Assembly (NCBI GenBank): GCA_965203905.1
Contig: CBDBDQ010000005.1
Location: 1,312,001 to 1,376,000 of the forward strand
DNA: 64,000 nt
Reading direction: 5' to 3'
From: Spirochaetia bacterium
Lineage (GTDB): Bacteria; Spirochaetota; Spirochaetia; SZUA-6; Bin103
Shown here: piece by piece, positions 42,058 through 52,102 of the stretch
Layout of the letters: each line of letters starts with the position of its first letter
How positions within the stretch are numbered: the first letter of the stretch is position 1
Translations under genes and position numbers: made by a program
The notes under the pieces: model-generated
Told to the model about the DNA's origin: nothing
Database searches by the model: none
The model's input: the letters and a program-made list of their open reading frames with translations, nothing else

Positions 42058-45000
42058 GTGGACCTTGGCCGCAAACACCGCTTCCCCGACGGCGCCCACT
42101 GCCGCGCGGCCTTCCTTCTGGTGGTCTGGCTGGTTGCCGCGGCTGGCGCTGCGAGAGCCCAGCAAACGGCCGTGTGCAGCAACACGCCTGCAAGCAACCA
42201 GCGGGTCGAGTGCAAGGAGGATTCCGATTCGACCAGCGCCATCGACATCGACCTGGCAGGCGTCAGCATCGAAACAACGACTGACCATAAGCAGGGAGTT
42301 CATGGCGAGCATATGGGCGCAGGAAACGTCGCTATCGATGTCGCAGCTTCCAGCGGGGGAGATCGCAGCATGGTCACCACGTCAGGGGCCGGGGCAACGG
42401 CAATTCAGGGCGCCCAGTATGGTACCAGTGGCGACGCTGCGATCTACCTCGAAGATACCACCATTACGACCGCGGGAACGAACGCCATGGGGGTCTTTGG
42501 GATCATTCAGCAACCGAACTCGCAGGGCAATGTCGTTATCGATGCCGACGCCGTGGATATCACGACAACGGGCGTCAATGAGTTCCGTTCGTACGGTTTC
42601 GGCCTTTATGGCCGCAATCAGGCCAGCGTCGGAAATGTCAATATCGACGCCCGAAGCTACACCTATCACGGGACCGGTTATGGCGTCTTCGGATGGCGCG
42701 ACGAAGGTGGGCGCGGCTCCGTTACCATCTCCGTCGAGGATTCGGATATCACGACCACCGGTACCTCGGGTCAGGGCATTGAGCGGCGTGGCCTGGACAG
42801 TCACGGCATCTACGCGAGGCAATTGTCGGAGGACGCTACGACCGGCGATGTCATCGACATCGACGTAAAGAATACCATCATCACTACGGAAGACATGCGC
42901 AGCCACGGCGTCAGTGCCTGGAGCATAGGGCCTGCGGCGATTGACATCGACCTGGAGGACGTAACCATCCGTTCGGAATCTACCGACACGGACACCCATC
43001 CGCCGCACCTCTTCGACACGCTGTCCCATGGCGTCTTTGCCAGGAATGCTCCCTATCTGACGAGCGGTAACACCGGCGATATTCGCATCACGGACACCGG
43101 CGGCGATATCATCACGAAGGGTACGCAGTCCTACGGCATTGGTGCGCTTCATGAATCCGCGGTCGACGACACCGACAGCTTGACCAGGGACAACGAGGGC
43201 GGCATCACGATTACGACCGTCAGAACAGCCATCGACACGAGTGGTCCCAATTCCCCCGCCATCCATGCCGAGCATCAAGGCAGCGGAGACATCTGGATCA
43301 TCCCGCAAGGCGTCGACATCGAGACCACGGGCCTTGACGGCTACGGCGTCGGTGGCCTGCATGAGGGCACCGGCGACATCAGCCTTGACGTCGGCTACAG
43401 CATCCTTCAAGAAGATGAAACAACCACCGTCGTATACAGCGACATCACCACGGCGGGAGAGAGTGGCTCCGGCGTTTACGGCCGCCACACCGGCGCCGGC
43501 GACATCACCATCGATGTTGAATTTGCCGACATCACCACGACGGGTGCCAAAGCCTCAGGCATCGAAGCGTTCATTGGTCATACGGATCTGGAGACCGATG
43601 ACCCGCCGTCGGCGGCCGGCAACATCGACATCGACGGTGGTTTTTTTGTGACCATCGAAGCGGTCTTCCACGGTGTTTTTGTCCGTCATAGCGGAGGCGC
43701 GGGCCGGGTCGACATCGACTTGACGTCCCCGGATATAACCACGACAGGAACCTTCGGCAGCAATGGCGTCTACGTGTGGCGTCAAGGGACCGACACCGGC
43801 CCCGTGAACGTGACCGTCAACCGCTCCGACATCATTACGGAGGGTCGTTCGTCTCACGGAGTCTTCGTCGACCATCAAGGAAAGGATACCGCCGACATCT
43901 GCATCATCGTTGATGGCAGCAGCGTCGGCGACATCGAGACCGCAGGTTATAACTCCTACGGTGTCCGCGGCTTTCGCAACGGAGGCCTCGATAGTGTTGG
44001 CACGGGCACCGTCAAGATCGACGTTCGAGATCTTCGGATCACCACGACAGGTTCCAGGGGTCGCGGCATCGATGCCTACCATACCGGTACCGGCGATATC
44101 GACATCGACGTCGAAGGTGGCAGCATCAACACATCGGGCGAGCTGGCCTATGGAATCAGAGCTCGACATCAACCCATCGCCAAGGACGAAGACGACAACT
44201 TCATCCTGAGGGATGGCGATATCACGATCGACCCCACGAACGTCACCATCACCACAAGCGGTGTCGCTGCCGATGGCATTCAGGGTTATCACCAAAGCCG
44301 GGGCGACCTCATTATCAGACCGCAAGACGCCATAATCAGGACGCTGAGCCGGGGTATCTACCGGAATACCGGGACCTTGGCGAACGGCATCTATGGCATT
44401 CATACCGGTGTCGGCGACCTGGAGATCGACGCCCGCGGCGGTACGATCAGGACTCGCGGAACCTATTCCTACGGCATCCAGGGTCGCCATTCGGGGGACG
44501 GCGATGTCGGCATCACCACTGACGACAGCCATTCCATCATCACGCGGGGCGCCAACGCCCACGGCATCGTGGCCTACCACTTCGGTACGATGGACTCCAG
44601 GGCCATGGCGGTAACGGTCGATGGGACGGTGGAGACCAGAGGGGCGGGCGCGAATGGCGTCCAGATCGGCGCGCTCGATTCCAACGGAGTCCCGGAGCGG
44701 GTAGCCGGGTTGGACGCGGAGGGCTACCTCCGGCAGAGCGTCACGGTGAACGACTCGGTCCACGGAGGCTCGGGTGACGCGGCGGGTGTCTTTCTGGCTG
44801 GAGGCGGCCGGGTGTACATCGGCCCGGCGGGAACCGTCGGCGCGGATTCCGACATCGCCATTCGCGCGTCAGGCGGCTCGCCCAAGCTATACGTCGACAT
44901 GGATCTCAACGGCCGCCGGCTGGCGGCGGTCATCGGGGACGACTGGATCATCAACGACGGCGGTGAGACCACCATCGTGGTCAACGACGTGAAGCTGCAT

Positions 45001-46734
45001 GACGGCGCTACCGGCAGCACCGGAATGAGCGCTCCCAACGGCGCATGGGACGTGATGGTAAGGGAAGATGGCCTGACCGTGGATACCAGCACCAGTCCGT
45101 GGACCATCTCAGCGCGATCGACCGGGACCATCAACGACCGCGACTTCAACTTCGAGGATTTCACCGGGGAAGACGACACAACGCCACCGCCTCCGCCGCC
45201 GCCGCCGCCGCCTCCTCCGCCGCCGCCTCCTCCGCCGCCGCCGCCTCCTCCGCCTCCTCCTCCTCCTCCGCCGCCTCCGCCGCCTCCTCCGCCTCCGCCT
45301 CCGCCTCCGCCGCCGCCGCCGCCTCCTCCGCCGCCTCCGCCGGAACCGCCGGAACCACCGGAGCCGCCAGAACCGCCGGAGCCGCCAGAACCACCAGAAC
45401 CGCCAGAACCACCAGAACCGCCGGAGCCACCGGAACCGCCGGAACCGCCAGAACCACCGGAACCACCAGAACCGCCAGAGCCGCCAGAACCGCCGGAGCC
45501 GCCAGAACCGCCAGAACCGCCAGAACCACCGGAACCACCAGAGCCGCCAGAACCGCCAGAACCACCAGAGCCGCCGGAACCGCCGGAACCACCAGAACCA
45601 CCGGAGCCGCCAGAACCGCCAGAACCACCAGAACCGCCAGAACCGCCGGAACCGCCGGAACCACCAGAGCCGCCGGAACCGCCAGAACCGCCAGAACCAC
45701 CGGAACCGCCGGAACCACCAGAACCACCAGAACCACCAGAACCACCGGAACCACCAGAACCGCCAGAGCCGCCAGAACCGCCAGAGCCGCCAGAACCGCC
45801 AGAACCGCCAGAACCGCCAGAGCCGGAGGGTCCCTTCATTGAAGAGTTCGCGCCCCGCGCAGCCCTTTATGAGGTCCTGCCAGACTTTCTGCTGCGTCTG
45901 ATGCGGCCCACGCAGATGTGCCCCTCATCCGCGGGCTGGGGCATAGCGGGCCGGATATCGGGCGGTAACGGGTCATACACAGCGCGACGCTCGACGGTGG
46001 GTGCGTCGTACGACTTCGACCGTCTGGATACCAAGGCGGGTGTGAACCTCGGCCTTGGCAGCGAGGTAACTGGAGGGGCTTCGGCGCGCTACCTGAGCAG
46101 TACGGCGAACGTTTCCGCTCCCACGGGGGGAGGAACGATAACCGCCCAGGGGGTCGGCGCCGTGGCCGGCGTTTTCTGGCACAGCGAGAGCAACTTCTAC
46201 GCCGCCGGCTGCGGTTCTCTGGTGTACTTTGGTGTGGACTTCGACTCCAACAAGCGTGGCAGGCTCAAGACCGGCGCCGCGGCCACCGGGCACTCTCTGG
46301 GTGCTGAGTTGGGGTATGGGTTGGGCCTCGGCGCACACCTCGGCGTGACGCCTCATGCGTGGGTCTATTGGCCGAACATCGCCGTGGACGACTTCACGGA
46401 CGCGGTGAACTCACGCGTGTCGGTAAATGCCGCCGATCGCTTGATCGGCGGCATTGGGCTGGCGTTGGAGAGCACGCACCATTCGGGGACTGGAGAGATC
46501 TCGCTGCGTGGTGCGCTGGGCCTGGAGCATATCTTCGGTGGCACCGAGACGATCGCCGTGGTATCGGGAGAGAATCTGGTGTCGGTGGCAGCCGAGAACG
46601 GGATTTGGATTGGTCTTGACAGCGCCTATCGGCAGGAAGACTTCTCCCTCGGCGCGGGTCTAAGGTCGGCGCTGCAGTTTGGCACCGATACCCAGTCATA
46701 CTCCGGCTACCTCAGGTTTGGAGTGCATTTTTAG
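42058..46734 (+). CDS. autotransporter (type Va) adhesin-like protein with beta-helical passenger and proline stalk
   Basis: Signal peptide, repeated I.T.G..S.G(V/I) motifs, Pro tract, ~290-aa C-terminal barrel ending YLRFGVHF. Confidence 0.9.
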   Translation: MDLGRKHRFPDGAHCRAAFLLVVWLVAAAGAARAQQTAVCSNTPASNQRVECKEDSDSTSAIDIDLAGVSIETTTDHKQGVHGEHMGAGNVAIDVAASSGGDRSMVTTSGAGATAIQGAQYGTSGDAAIYLEDTTITTAGTNAMGVFGIIQQPNSQGNVVIDADAVDITTTGVNEFRSYGFGLYGRNQASVGNVNIDARSYTYHGTGYGVFGWRDEGGRGSVTISVEDSDITTTGTSGQGIERRGLDSHGIYARQLSEDATTGDVIDIDVKNTIITTEDMRSHGVSAWSIGPAAIDIDLEDVTIRSESTDTDTHPPHLFDTLSHGVFARNAPYLTSGNTGDIRITDTGGDIITKGTQSYGIGALHESAVDDTDSLTRDNEGGITITTVRTAIDTSGPNSPAIHAEHQGSGDIWIIPQGVDIETTGLDGYGVGGLHEGTGDISLDVGYSILQEDETTTVVYSDITTAGESGSGVYGRHTGAGDITIDVEFADITTTGAKASGIEAFIGHTDLETDDPPSAAGNIDIDGGFFVTIEAVFHGVFVRHSGGAGRVDIDLTSPDITTTGTFGSNGVYVWRQGTDTGPVNVTVNRSDIITEGRSSHGVFVDHQGKDTADICIIVDGSSVGDIETAGYNSYGVRGFRNGGLDSVGTGTVKIDVRDLRITTTGSRGRGIDAYHTGTGDIDIDVEGGSINTSGELAYGIRARHQPIAKDEDDNFILRDGDITIDPTNVTITTSGVAADGIQGYHQSRGDLIIRPQDAIIRTLSRGIYRNTGTLANGIYGIHTGVGDLEIDARGGTIRTRGTYSYGIQGRHSGDGDVGITTDDSHSIITRGANAHGIVAYHFGTMDSRAMAVTVDGTVETRGAGANGVQIGALDSNGVPERVAGLDAEGYLRQSVTVNDSVHGGSGDAAGVFLAGGGRVYIGPAGTVGADSDIAIRASGGSPKLYVDMDLNGRRLAAVIGDDWIINDGGETTIVVNDVKLHDGATGSTGMSAPNGAWDVMVREDGLTVDTSTSPWTISARSTGTINDRDFNFEDFTGEDDTTPPPPPPPPPPPPPPPPPPPPPPPPPPPPPPPPPPPPPPPPPPPPPPPPPPPPPEPPEPPEPPEPPEPPEPPEPPEPPEPPEPPEPPEPPEPPEPPEPPEPPEPPEPPEPPEPPEPPEPPEPPEPPEPPEPPEPPEPPEPPEPPEPPEPPEPPEPPEPPEPPEPPEPPEPPEPPEPPEPPEPPEPPEPPEPPEPPEPPEPPEPPEPPEPPEPPEPEGPFIEEFAPRAALYEVLPDFLLRLMRPTQMCPSSAGWGIAGRISGGNGSYTARRSTVGASYDFDRLDTKAGVNLGLGSEVTGGASARYLSSTANVSAPTGGGTITAQGVGAVAGVFWHSESNFYAAGCGSLVYFGVDFDSNKRGRLKTGAAATGHSLGAELGYGLGLGAHLGVTPHAWVYWPNIAVDDFTDAVNSRVSVNAADRLIGGIGLALESTHHSGTGEISLRGALGLEHIFGGTETIAVVSGENLVSVAAENGIWIGLDSAYRQEDFSLGAGLRSALQFGTDTQSYSGYLRFGVHF
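45184..45819 (+). repeat. coding microsatellite: ~53 Pro followed by ~53 x EPP
   Basis: CCN run 45184-45342, then 9-bp GARCCRCCR units to 45819. Confidence 0.95.
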
Positions 46735-47009
46735 GAAGTGAGGAGCGCGAAGTCCAGGGTGTCTCGACACCCGTGGCAGCGCACTGCGGAGAGTTCATTG
46801 TGAGCGAGAAGAACGGGGATACCGTCTCAGTTTGTCGACCTGACGACGCATGGGTACGGCTCGCAGGCCGACTGGAGGAGATCTCCGATCACTTACTCCT
46901 GGACGCCGCTCGCGATCCGTCGGGTGCCAACGCCGTCTATCGACAGACGGCGTTGGCCGTAGCGTCTCTGGCCGTCAAGGTGCGTAACACATCCCTACTT
47001 CTGAACTGA

Positions 47010-47095
47010 TTTACGCCGGCGGAGACCGAGCTCACGGTCTCGCGACAATTCGAGGTGGCGCCTGCCGAGAACCCGCGACCAGGCGGCGACCGATT
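47010..47095 (+). pseudogene. deleted remnant of the 3' end of the PAS-LuxR gene 48519-49724
   Basis: ACGCCGGCGGAGACCGAG, GGTCTCGCGACAATTCGAGGTGGC and GCGACCAGGCGGCGACCG blocks match 49473-49680 in order. Confidence 0.75.
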
Positions 47096-47349
47096 TCGGA
47101 CGGTACCGGACGGGGCATTCATCCTGCTGGACTACTGCAAATGAGGGGCGACCTTTCCGTCGAACGTGGTAGGCTGCAACGCCGTATGGACACTGCGGGA
47201 TGGCATTCGAGCGCGTGGCGAATTGAGCGGTATCTGACCGTTCTGCGGCGTGAGGTTGCACAAGCCGTCTTGCGGCTGCGGCGCTGGCGTCGTGACCTGA
47301 CGTGCTCCGTGGAACGCCGCCGTGACAAGCGGCGTGCAGGCTCGTTCCG

Positions 47350-48318
47350 GTGATGCCGTCCAAACCGCCGACCGGTTCCATCCCTTCGCCGGCGGACGCT
47401 GCGAACGCCGCCGAGCAGTTCTACGCCAATTCCTCCCTTGGCCTGAACCAGTGGTGGCGGTGGGTCGCAGGCCTGCTCATCATCCTCGCCGCCTGGCTGG
47501 GACTGGGGATCCTCATACAATTCGCCGGCTGCACCGTTCTGGCGCGCACCAACGCCTTCGCAACGACCTGCGGCGACTCCACCGTCGCCCGGCTGTTCCT
47601 GGGTGGCCTGGGGTTCGCGACCGGCATCGCCGGTGCCTGGCTGGCGGCCCGGGCGCTGCACCGGAAGGAGTTCAGGCGGTTCCTCACCGGGCGCAAGTCG
47701 TTCGCATGGCGGCGCTACCTGTTCGGCGTGCTGGTAGCGCTGATCGTCTCCCTGGCCACCTTCCTGGTCAACCGGTTCATCCTCCGGCTGGAAATGACGT
47801 TCCAACCGCCGGGTGCCGAGTTCCTGATCTTTCTGCTGTTCGCGATCGTGCTGGTTCCGATTCAGTCCGGCTTCGAAGAGGTGTTCTTCCGCGGCTACAT
47901 TCTGCAGGGGTTGATGCGGTTGCTGGGCAGCAGGGTTCTGCTGGTCATCGCCGCGGGGGTGGCCTTCATGCTCCCCCATCTTGCCAATCCGGAACCGCTG
48001 AAGTACGGGTTCGCCCCCTACGCCCTCGCCCTGCTCTCCTCCGGGGTCTTCTTCAGCATCATGGTGCTGCTCGACGGCGGCATCGAGGTGGCGGCCGGCT
48101 ACCACGCGATGAGCAATCTGTTCATGGGGATGGTCGCGAACACGGCGGCGGCCGCGATCGAAAGCCCCGCCCTGTTCCTGATCCAGAGCGACGCCTTCCG
48201 CCTGTTTCCCGACATCTTCATCAGCGTCCTGGGCTTCGTGCTCGCACTGACGATCCTCAACCTGAAGTACCGGTGGCTGCGCGGTCAGGGCACAAACGCC
48301 TCGCAGCAGGGCATATAG
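47350..48318 (+). CDS. CPBP (CAAX/Abi) intramembrane metalloprotease
   Basis: EEVFFRGY, F.LPH..N, H.M.N motifs, multiple TMs. Confidence 0.9.
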   Translation: MMPSKPPTGSIPSPADAANAAEQFYANSSLGLNQWWRWVAGLLIILAAWLGLGILIQFAGCTVLARTNAFATTCGDSTVARLFLGGLGFATGIAGAWLAARALHRKEFRRFLTGRKSFAWRRYLFGVLVALIVSLATFLVNRFILRLEMTFQPPGAEFLIFLLFAIVLVPIQSGFEEVFFRGYILQGLMRLLGSRVLLVIAAGVAFMLPHLANPEPLKYGFAPYALALLSSGVFFSIMVLLDGGIEVAAGYHAMSNLFMGMVANTAAAAIESPALFLIQSDAFRLFPDIFISVLGFVLALTILNLKYRWLRGQGTNASQQGI

Positions 48319-48384
48319 CACGCAACTCGGCACAAAGCCGCCGCTGGCTTTGGCGGTCGCCGTCGCGAAGCGATCTGCCCAGCA

Positions 48385-48400
48385 TCCTCCAATTGGAGGA
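48385..48400. promoter_or_regulatory. perfect 16-bp palindrome TCCTCCAATTGGAGGA upstream of the PAS-LuxR gene
   Basis: Self-complementary; related boxes at 16132-16167. Confidence 0.55.
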
Positions 48401-48518
48401 TAGACCGGTCGATCCGACCCGACTATAAGTGGACCAAAGTGGACTCGGGTTACCGCAACTGAGGGAGCTCGCGGGGTAGACAGCGTCCGCCGGGGTGGTC
48501 CGCCGGGGTGGAAGTGAA

Positions 48519-49724
48519 TTGAGTCAGCAGGATGCACTCGATCGTATCGTGGGCTCGCTCAACGAGGCCATGCTCGACGACGGCCTCTGGCCGGAAACCT
48601 CCGCGCTCCTCGACGAGGCCTGCGGGGCCAGGGGCAGCATTCTCTTGTTCGGGGGCGGGGCCTTGACCGAGAACTCCGAGATCTACTTTGCGAAATGCTA
48701 CCAACGGGGGGTAGAGCGCTCGGAGTGGCGCCGCGAGTACTTTCGGCACTACTTCCCGACCGACGAATGCCTGCCGCGACTGGCGAAGCTCCCGGACTCC
48801 AGGATCGTTCACGTTGCCGACCTCTTCAGCGACGACGAACGGAAGACGTCGCTCACCTATACCGAGGCATTGCGGCGCTACGGGGCTCAGAATGGGCTGG
48901 GCGTACGTCTGGACGGCCCCGGCGGCGCGCACATTGTCTGGGGGATTGGGGATCCCGTTGATACGAGCGGCTGGTCGTCATCCCGCGTCGAGATGGTCGC
49001 GCGCGTCCTGCCCCACCTGCGCCAGTATGTTCGGGTGCGCTCCATGCTCGCCGAAGCGGGGGCGCTCGGCGCGACCGTGACCGGGCTCCTCGACAACACC
49101 CGCGCCGGGGTGATCCAGCTCGACCGGGGCGGGCGGATCGTGGACGCGAACGACAGCGCGAGGGAACTGCTGCGCCAAAACGACGGGCTGTTCGATGTAG
49201 ACGGAGCGCTGCGTGCCGCCTGGCCGGAGGACGACTCGAGGCTCCGGGACCTGGTGACCCGGGCGTTGCCGCGCATCGACGAACAGGGCGCGAGCGGCTC
49301 GATGCTGGTGCGGCGACGGTCGTCGCTGGCGAGGTTCGCGCTGCACGTGAAGCCGGTGGCGAACCGAGAGGTGGACTGTCGCTCCCGGCACGCGGGGGCA
49401 CTCGTGCTGATCGTCGACCCGGTGAGCCGGGCGCGGATCGAGCCGCACGTCGCGGCGGCGGTGTTGGGGCTCACGCCGGCGGAGACCGAGATCGCGGTGC
49501 TGCTCGCCGAGGGCCGGACCCTGCGCCAGATCGCCGCGACGACGGGTCGCGGATACAGCACGGTGCGGACGCACCTCAAGCACCTGTTCGCCAAGCTCGG
49601 GGTCTCGCGACAATTCGAGGTGGCCCAGGCCGTCCTTGCGCTGTCGAGCCTGCCGAGAACCGGCGACCAGGCGGCGACCGGCTTCGCACGGCGCCCGAGG
49701 GGCCCGCGCCATGAGTCCAGTTGA
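48519..49724 (+). CDS. LuxR/CsgD-family HTH regulator with PAS-like region
   Basis: LGLTPAETEIAVLLAEG.TLRQIA...TVRTHLKHLFAKLG. Confidence 0.9.
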   Translation: MSQQDALDRIVGSLNEAMLDDGLWPETSALLDEACGARGSILLFGGGALTENSEIYFAKCYQRGVERSEWRREYFRHYFPTDECLPRLAKLPDSRIVHVADLFSDDERKTSLTYTEALRRYGAQNGLGVRLDGPGGAHIVWGIGDPVDTSGWSSSRVEMVARVLPHLRQYVRVRSMLAEAGALGATVTGLLDNTRAGVIQLDRGGRIVDANDSARELLRQNDGLFDVDGALRAAWPEDDSRLRDLVTRALPRIDEQGASGSMLVRRRSSLARFALHVKPVANREVDCRSRHAGALVLIVDPVSRARIEPHVAAAVLGLTPAETEIAVLLAEGRTLRQIAATTGRGYSTVRTHLKHLFAKLGVSRQFEVAQAVLALSSLPRTGDQAATGFARRPRGPRHESS

Positions 49725-49787
49725 TCTATTGCGAATCCTTGTTCTGCCACCGGCGGGTCCGGCGGCATACGGGCTGCTAGCACCTCC

Positions 49788-50885
49788 CTAGCACCTCCCG
49801 CTTGCGATATCCGGGTAGAGGAGGGCGTAGAACAGCGCAGAAGTACCGCCGGCCGCCAATAGGTGCCACCACGCGTGCAGCGTTTTCCATATCAATGGCC
49901 GGCTCTTGGCGCTCGGCCTGGGTTCCGCCGGCGCAGCGTCCGCTGAGCGGTTGCGCTCCGCTTCCCTCTCGCTCTGGTGGAAATCGATCCGATGCAAGAT
50001 GAACGCAACGCCGAACACGACCACCGAGCCGAGCAGCGCCATCCATCCCGGACTCCAACCCGCGCTCGGTGCTCTCGGACCCGGTCGCAGGAGCAGGTAG
50101 ACAGCGCACCCGTAGGTCAGGCCGAGCAGCACCGCCAGCTTCACCATGACCGCTTGCGCCGACTGCCGGAACAACATCCGCAGTATCACCGACCCCACCA
50201 TCCCCACCAGCAGCATCAGTTCGGCCGTGTACAGGCGCAGTTCTGCCAGGATGCCGGTAGACGGCAGCGCCTTGGCCAGCGCCAGGACTGCCAGCACGCT
50301 GTAGACGAAGTACGTTACCGTGACGTCGAGGTGGCCGGACCAGCGGGTGGGCACGCCGTGGAACAGTGCCGAACCGATACACAGCACGATCATGGACAGC
50401 ATGAAGACCAGGCCGATCGAGCTGTTGCCGGCGAAGTGGAACGCGGAGAAGGTTCCGGCGCTGGCGAAGCTGACCGTGGAGTAGGTATTGAACGGCTGAT
50501 GCGGAACCGCGGTCAGGCCGGCGCAGCCGTTGAGCCGTCCCTCGTACCACTCGCACCCGGCGCGCGGCAGGTAGGGAACATCCTGCGGCTTGATCTCGGA
50601 GAACGTCACGATCAGCACCGCCGTCAGCAACAACCCGGTAGCGAGCGCCCATATCACGGCGTCTTGCAGCCGGCTTCCCGCTTCGCCGCCGCACACCAGG
50701 GGCGTGTCGTCCGCCCCCCGATGCCGGTCCGACGCGTCCGCGGCATCGAGATGACAGGACAGCACACCCAAGCCCAGGAGCGCAGCGCACGCCACCACGG
50801 CGCAGCGCGGGATCACGGCGCGCCGGCCCGTGCGCTCGCGCAGCATGGCCGCGAGTTCGAGTTGGTCGCGCATCGTCTCAGGCAA
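49788..50885 (-). CDS. CREST-superfamily (ceramidase-like) membrane hydrolase
   Basis: CE...QPFNTYS, GSALFHG, LDV, HAWWH motifs. Confidence 0.8.
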   Translation of the reverse strand: MPETMRDQLELAAMLRERTGRRAVIPRCAVVACAALLGLGVLSCHLDAADASDRHRGADDTPLVCGGEAGSRLQDAVIWALATGLLLTAVLIVTFSEIKPQDVPYLPRAGCEWYEGRLNGCAGLTAVPHQPFNTYSTVSFASAGTFSAFHFAGNSSIGLVFMLSMIVLCIGSALFHGVPTRWSGHLDVTVTYFVYSVLAVLALAKALPSTGILAELRLYTAELMLLVGMVGSVILRMLFRQSAQAVMVKLAVLLGLTYGCAVYLLLRPGPRAPSAGWSPGWMALLGSVVVFGVAFILHRIDFHQSEREAERNRSADAAPAEPRPSAKSRPLIWKTLHAWWHLLAAGGTSALFYALLYPDIASGRC

Positions 50886-50981
50886 TGATCTTCGGCGCCA
50901 TTCGCACCGCCGTTGACGAAAACACCGGCCCGAGGGCGCGTCGGTTCAGCACACGGCGTCCAAGCTCCGACCCTTGAACGT

Positions 50982-51629
50982 ATGCCACGTTGGATGCTTG
51001 CGTTCGCCACGCTGCTGCTGGCGCCCGGTGCCGCCGCCCCGCTGCTGGCCCTCGATCCGCCGGTCGTCACCGCAACCTACGAGACCGCCCGCGGCATCGA
51101 GGAGGATGACGAGGAGGAGTTGCAGCCCGACTACGTGCGCCACACGGTGCTGGTGAGCGCCCGCCAGGAGTTGGGCGAGCGCGTCCGGCTGACGGCGCCG
51201 GTGCGGGTCACCCAGCGCCGTGACCCGCAGGTCTCCGACTCGGAGAGCCTGGCGGTAAGCCTGCAGCCGCGCCTCGACCTGGAGCTGAGCGACCGGCTCG
51301 ACCTGGGGACGGAGCTGATTCTGCGCCATACGGATGCTCCCGAGCTGCTGACCGTCGGCGGCCGGCTGGCGTCGAGCCTGAAGCTCGGCGACGTGACCGT
51401 GGATGGCTGGCTCAAGCCGTTGTTCGATTCCTACGTGGAGGAGCCGGAGCGCAACCGCCAGCGCTACACGGCGTCGCTGGGCATCGTCTACCGGCACCAG
51501 GCGGTGCGCGTCAGCGGCCGCTACCGCGGCACCGCCCGCCTCGGCCTGGGCGACGCCAGCGAGGTGGACCTGCGGCTCTCCCACCTGGTCAACGTCAGCC
51601 TCCGGCTCGACCTCGCCAGGCTCCGCTGA
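50982..51629 (+). CDS. exported, probably beta-barrel hypothetical protein
   Basis: Signal peptide and alternating amphipathic strands. Confidence 0.65.
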   Translation: MPRWMLAFATLLLAPGAAAPLLALDPPVVTATYETARGIEEDDEEELQPDYVRHTVLVSARQELGERVRLTAPVRVTQRRDPQVSDSESLAVSLQPRLDLELSDRLDLGTELILRHTDAPELLTVGGRLASSLKLGDVTVDGWLKPLFDSYVEEPERNRQRYTASLGIVYRHQAVRVSGRYRGTARLGLGDASEVDLRLSHLVNVSLRLDLARLR

Positions 51630-52102
51630 TGCTGCACAGCCCGATGATCGACGTGGCCATCGGCCCGGTCTTCTCTACGTCTCGCTGAGCCTGGCGTGCA
51701 GCTCGATCCAGGAGATCGTCGGCGGCGTTCGGCCCGCGCTCGCGCGATCTGAGACCGGGCATCTGGGGGCATCTGAGGTCGCGGCGCTGTCCGAGCGGTC
51801 GCGGCCGGGTACGTCGGCCACCTGGCGCCGGAGTTGGGAGGGTTGCCGGCGGGAACCGGCCCCCCAAAAAAAGGAAGGACCGCCAGGAGGCCATCCCCAA
51901 CGGTCCGATCCAAAATCGAGGGGGAGGGTTCTAAGCCCCCTCTCCATAATCTTGTCGGCGGTTCCGCGGGGTTCTTGAGTGTCATGTGCCGAATGGCGTC
52001 GGCGCAGCGCAAGTAGCACTGGCGCGGGCCGCGGGCCGCCGCTTCCATGCCGCCGCTTCCCTCCGGCTGCGGGGCGTCCGTGGTATCGTTCGCGCGGCGG
52101 AG

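Noticed and set aside
44724-45842. Gly/Ser-rich, Thr/Arg-rich and Val/Ala-rich ORFs
   Set aside because: Alternative-frame and antisense readings of the Pro/EPP repeat
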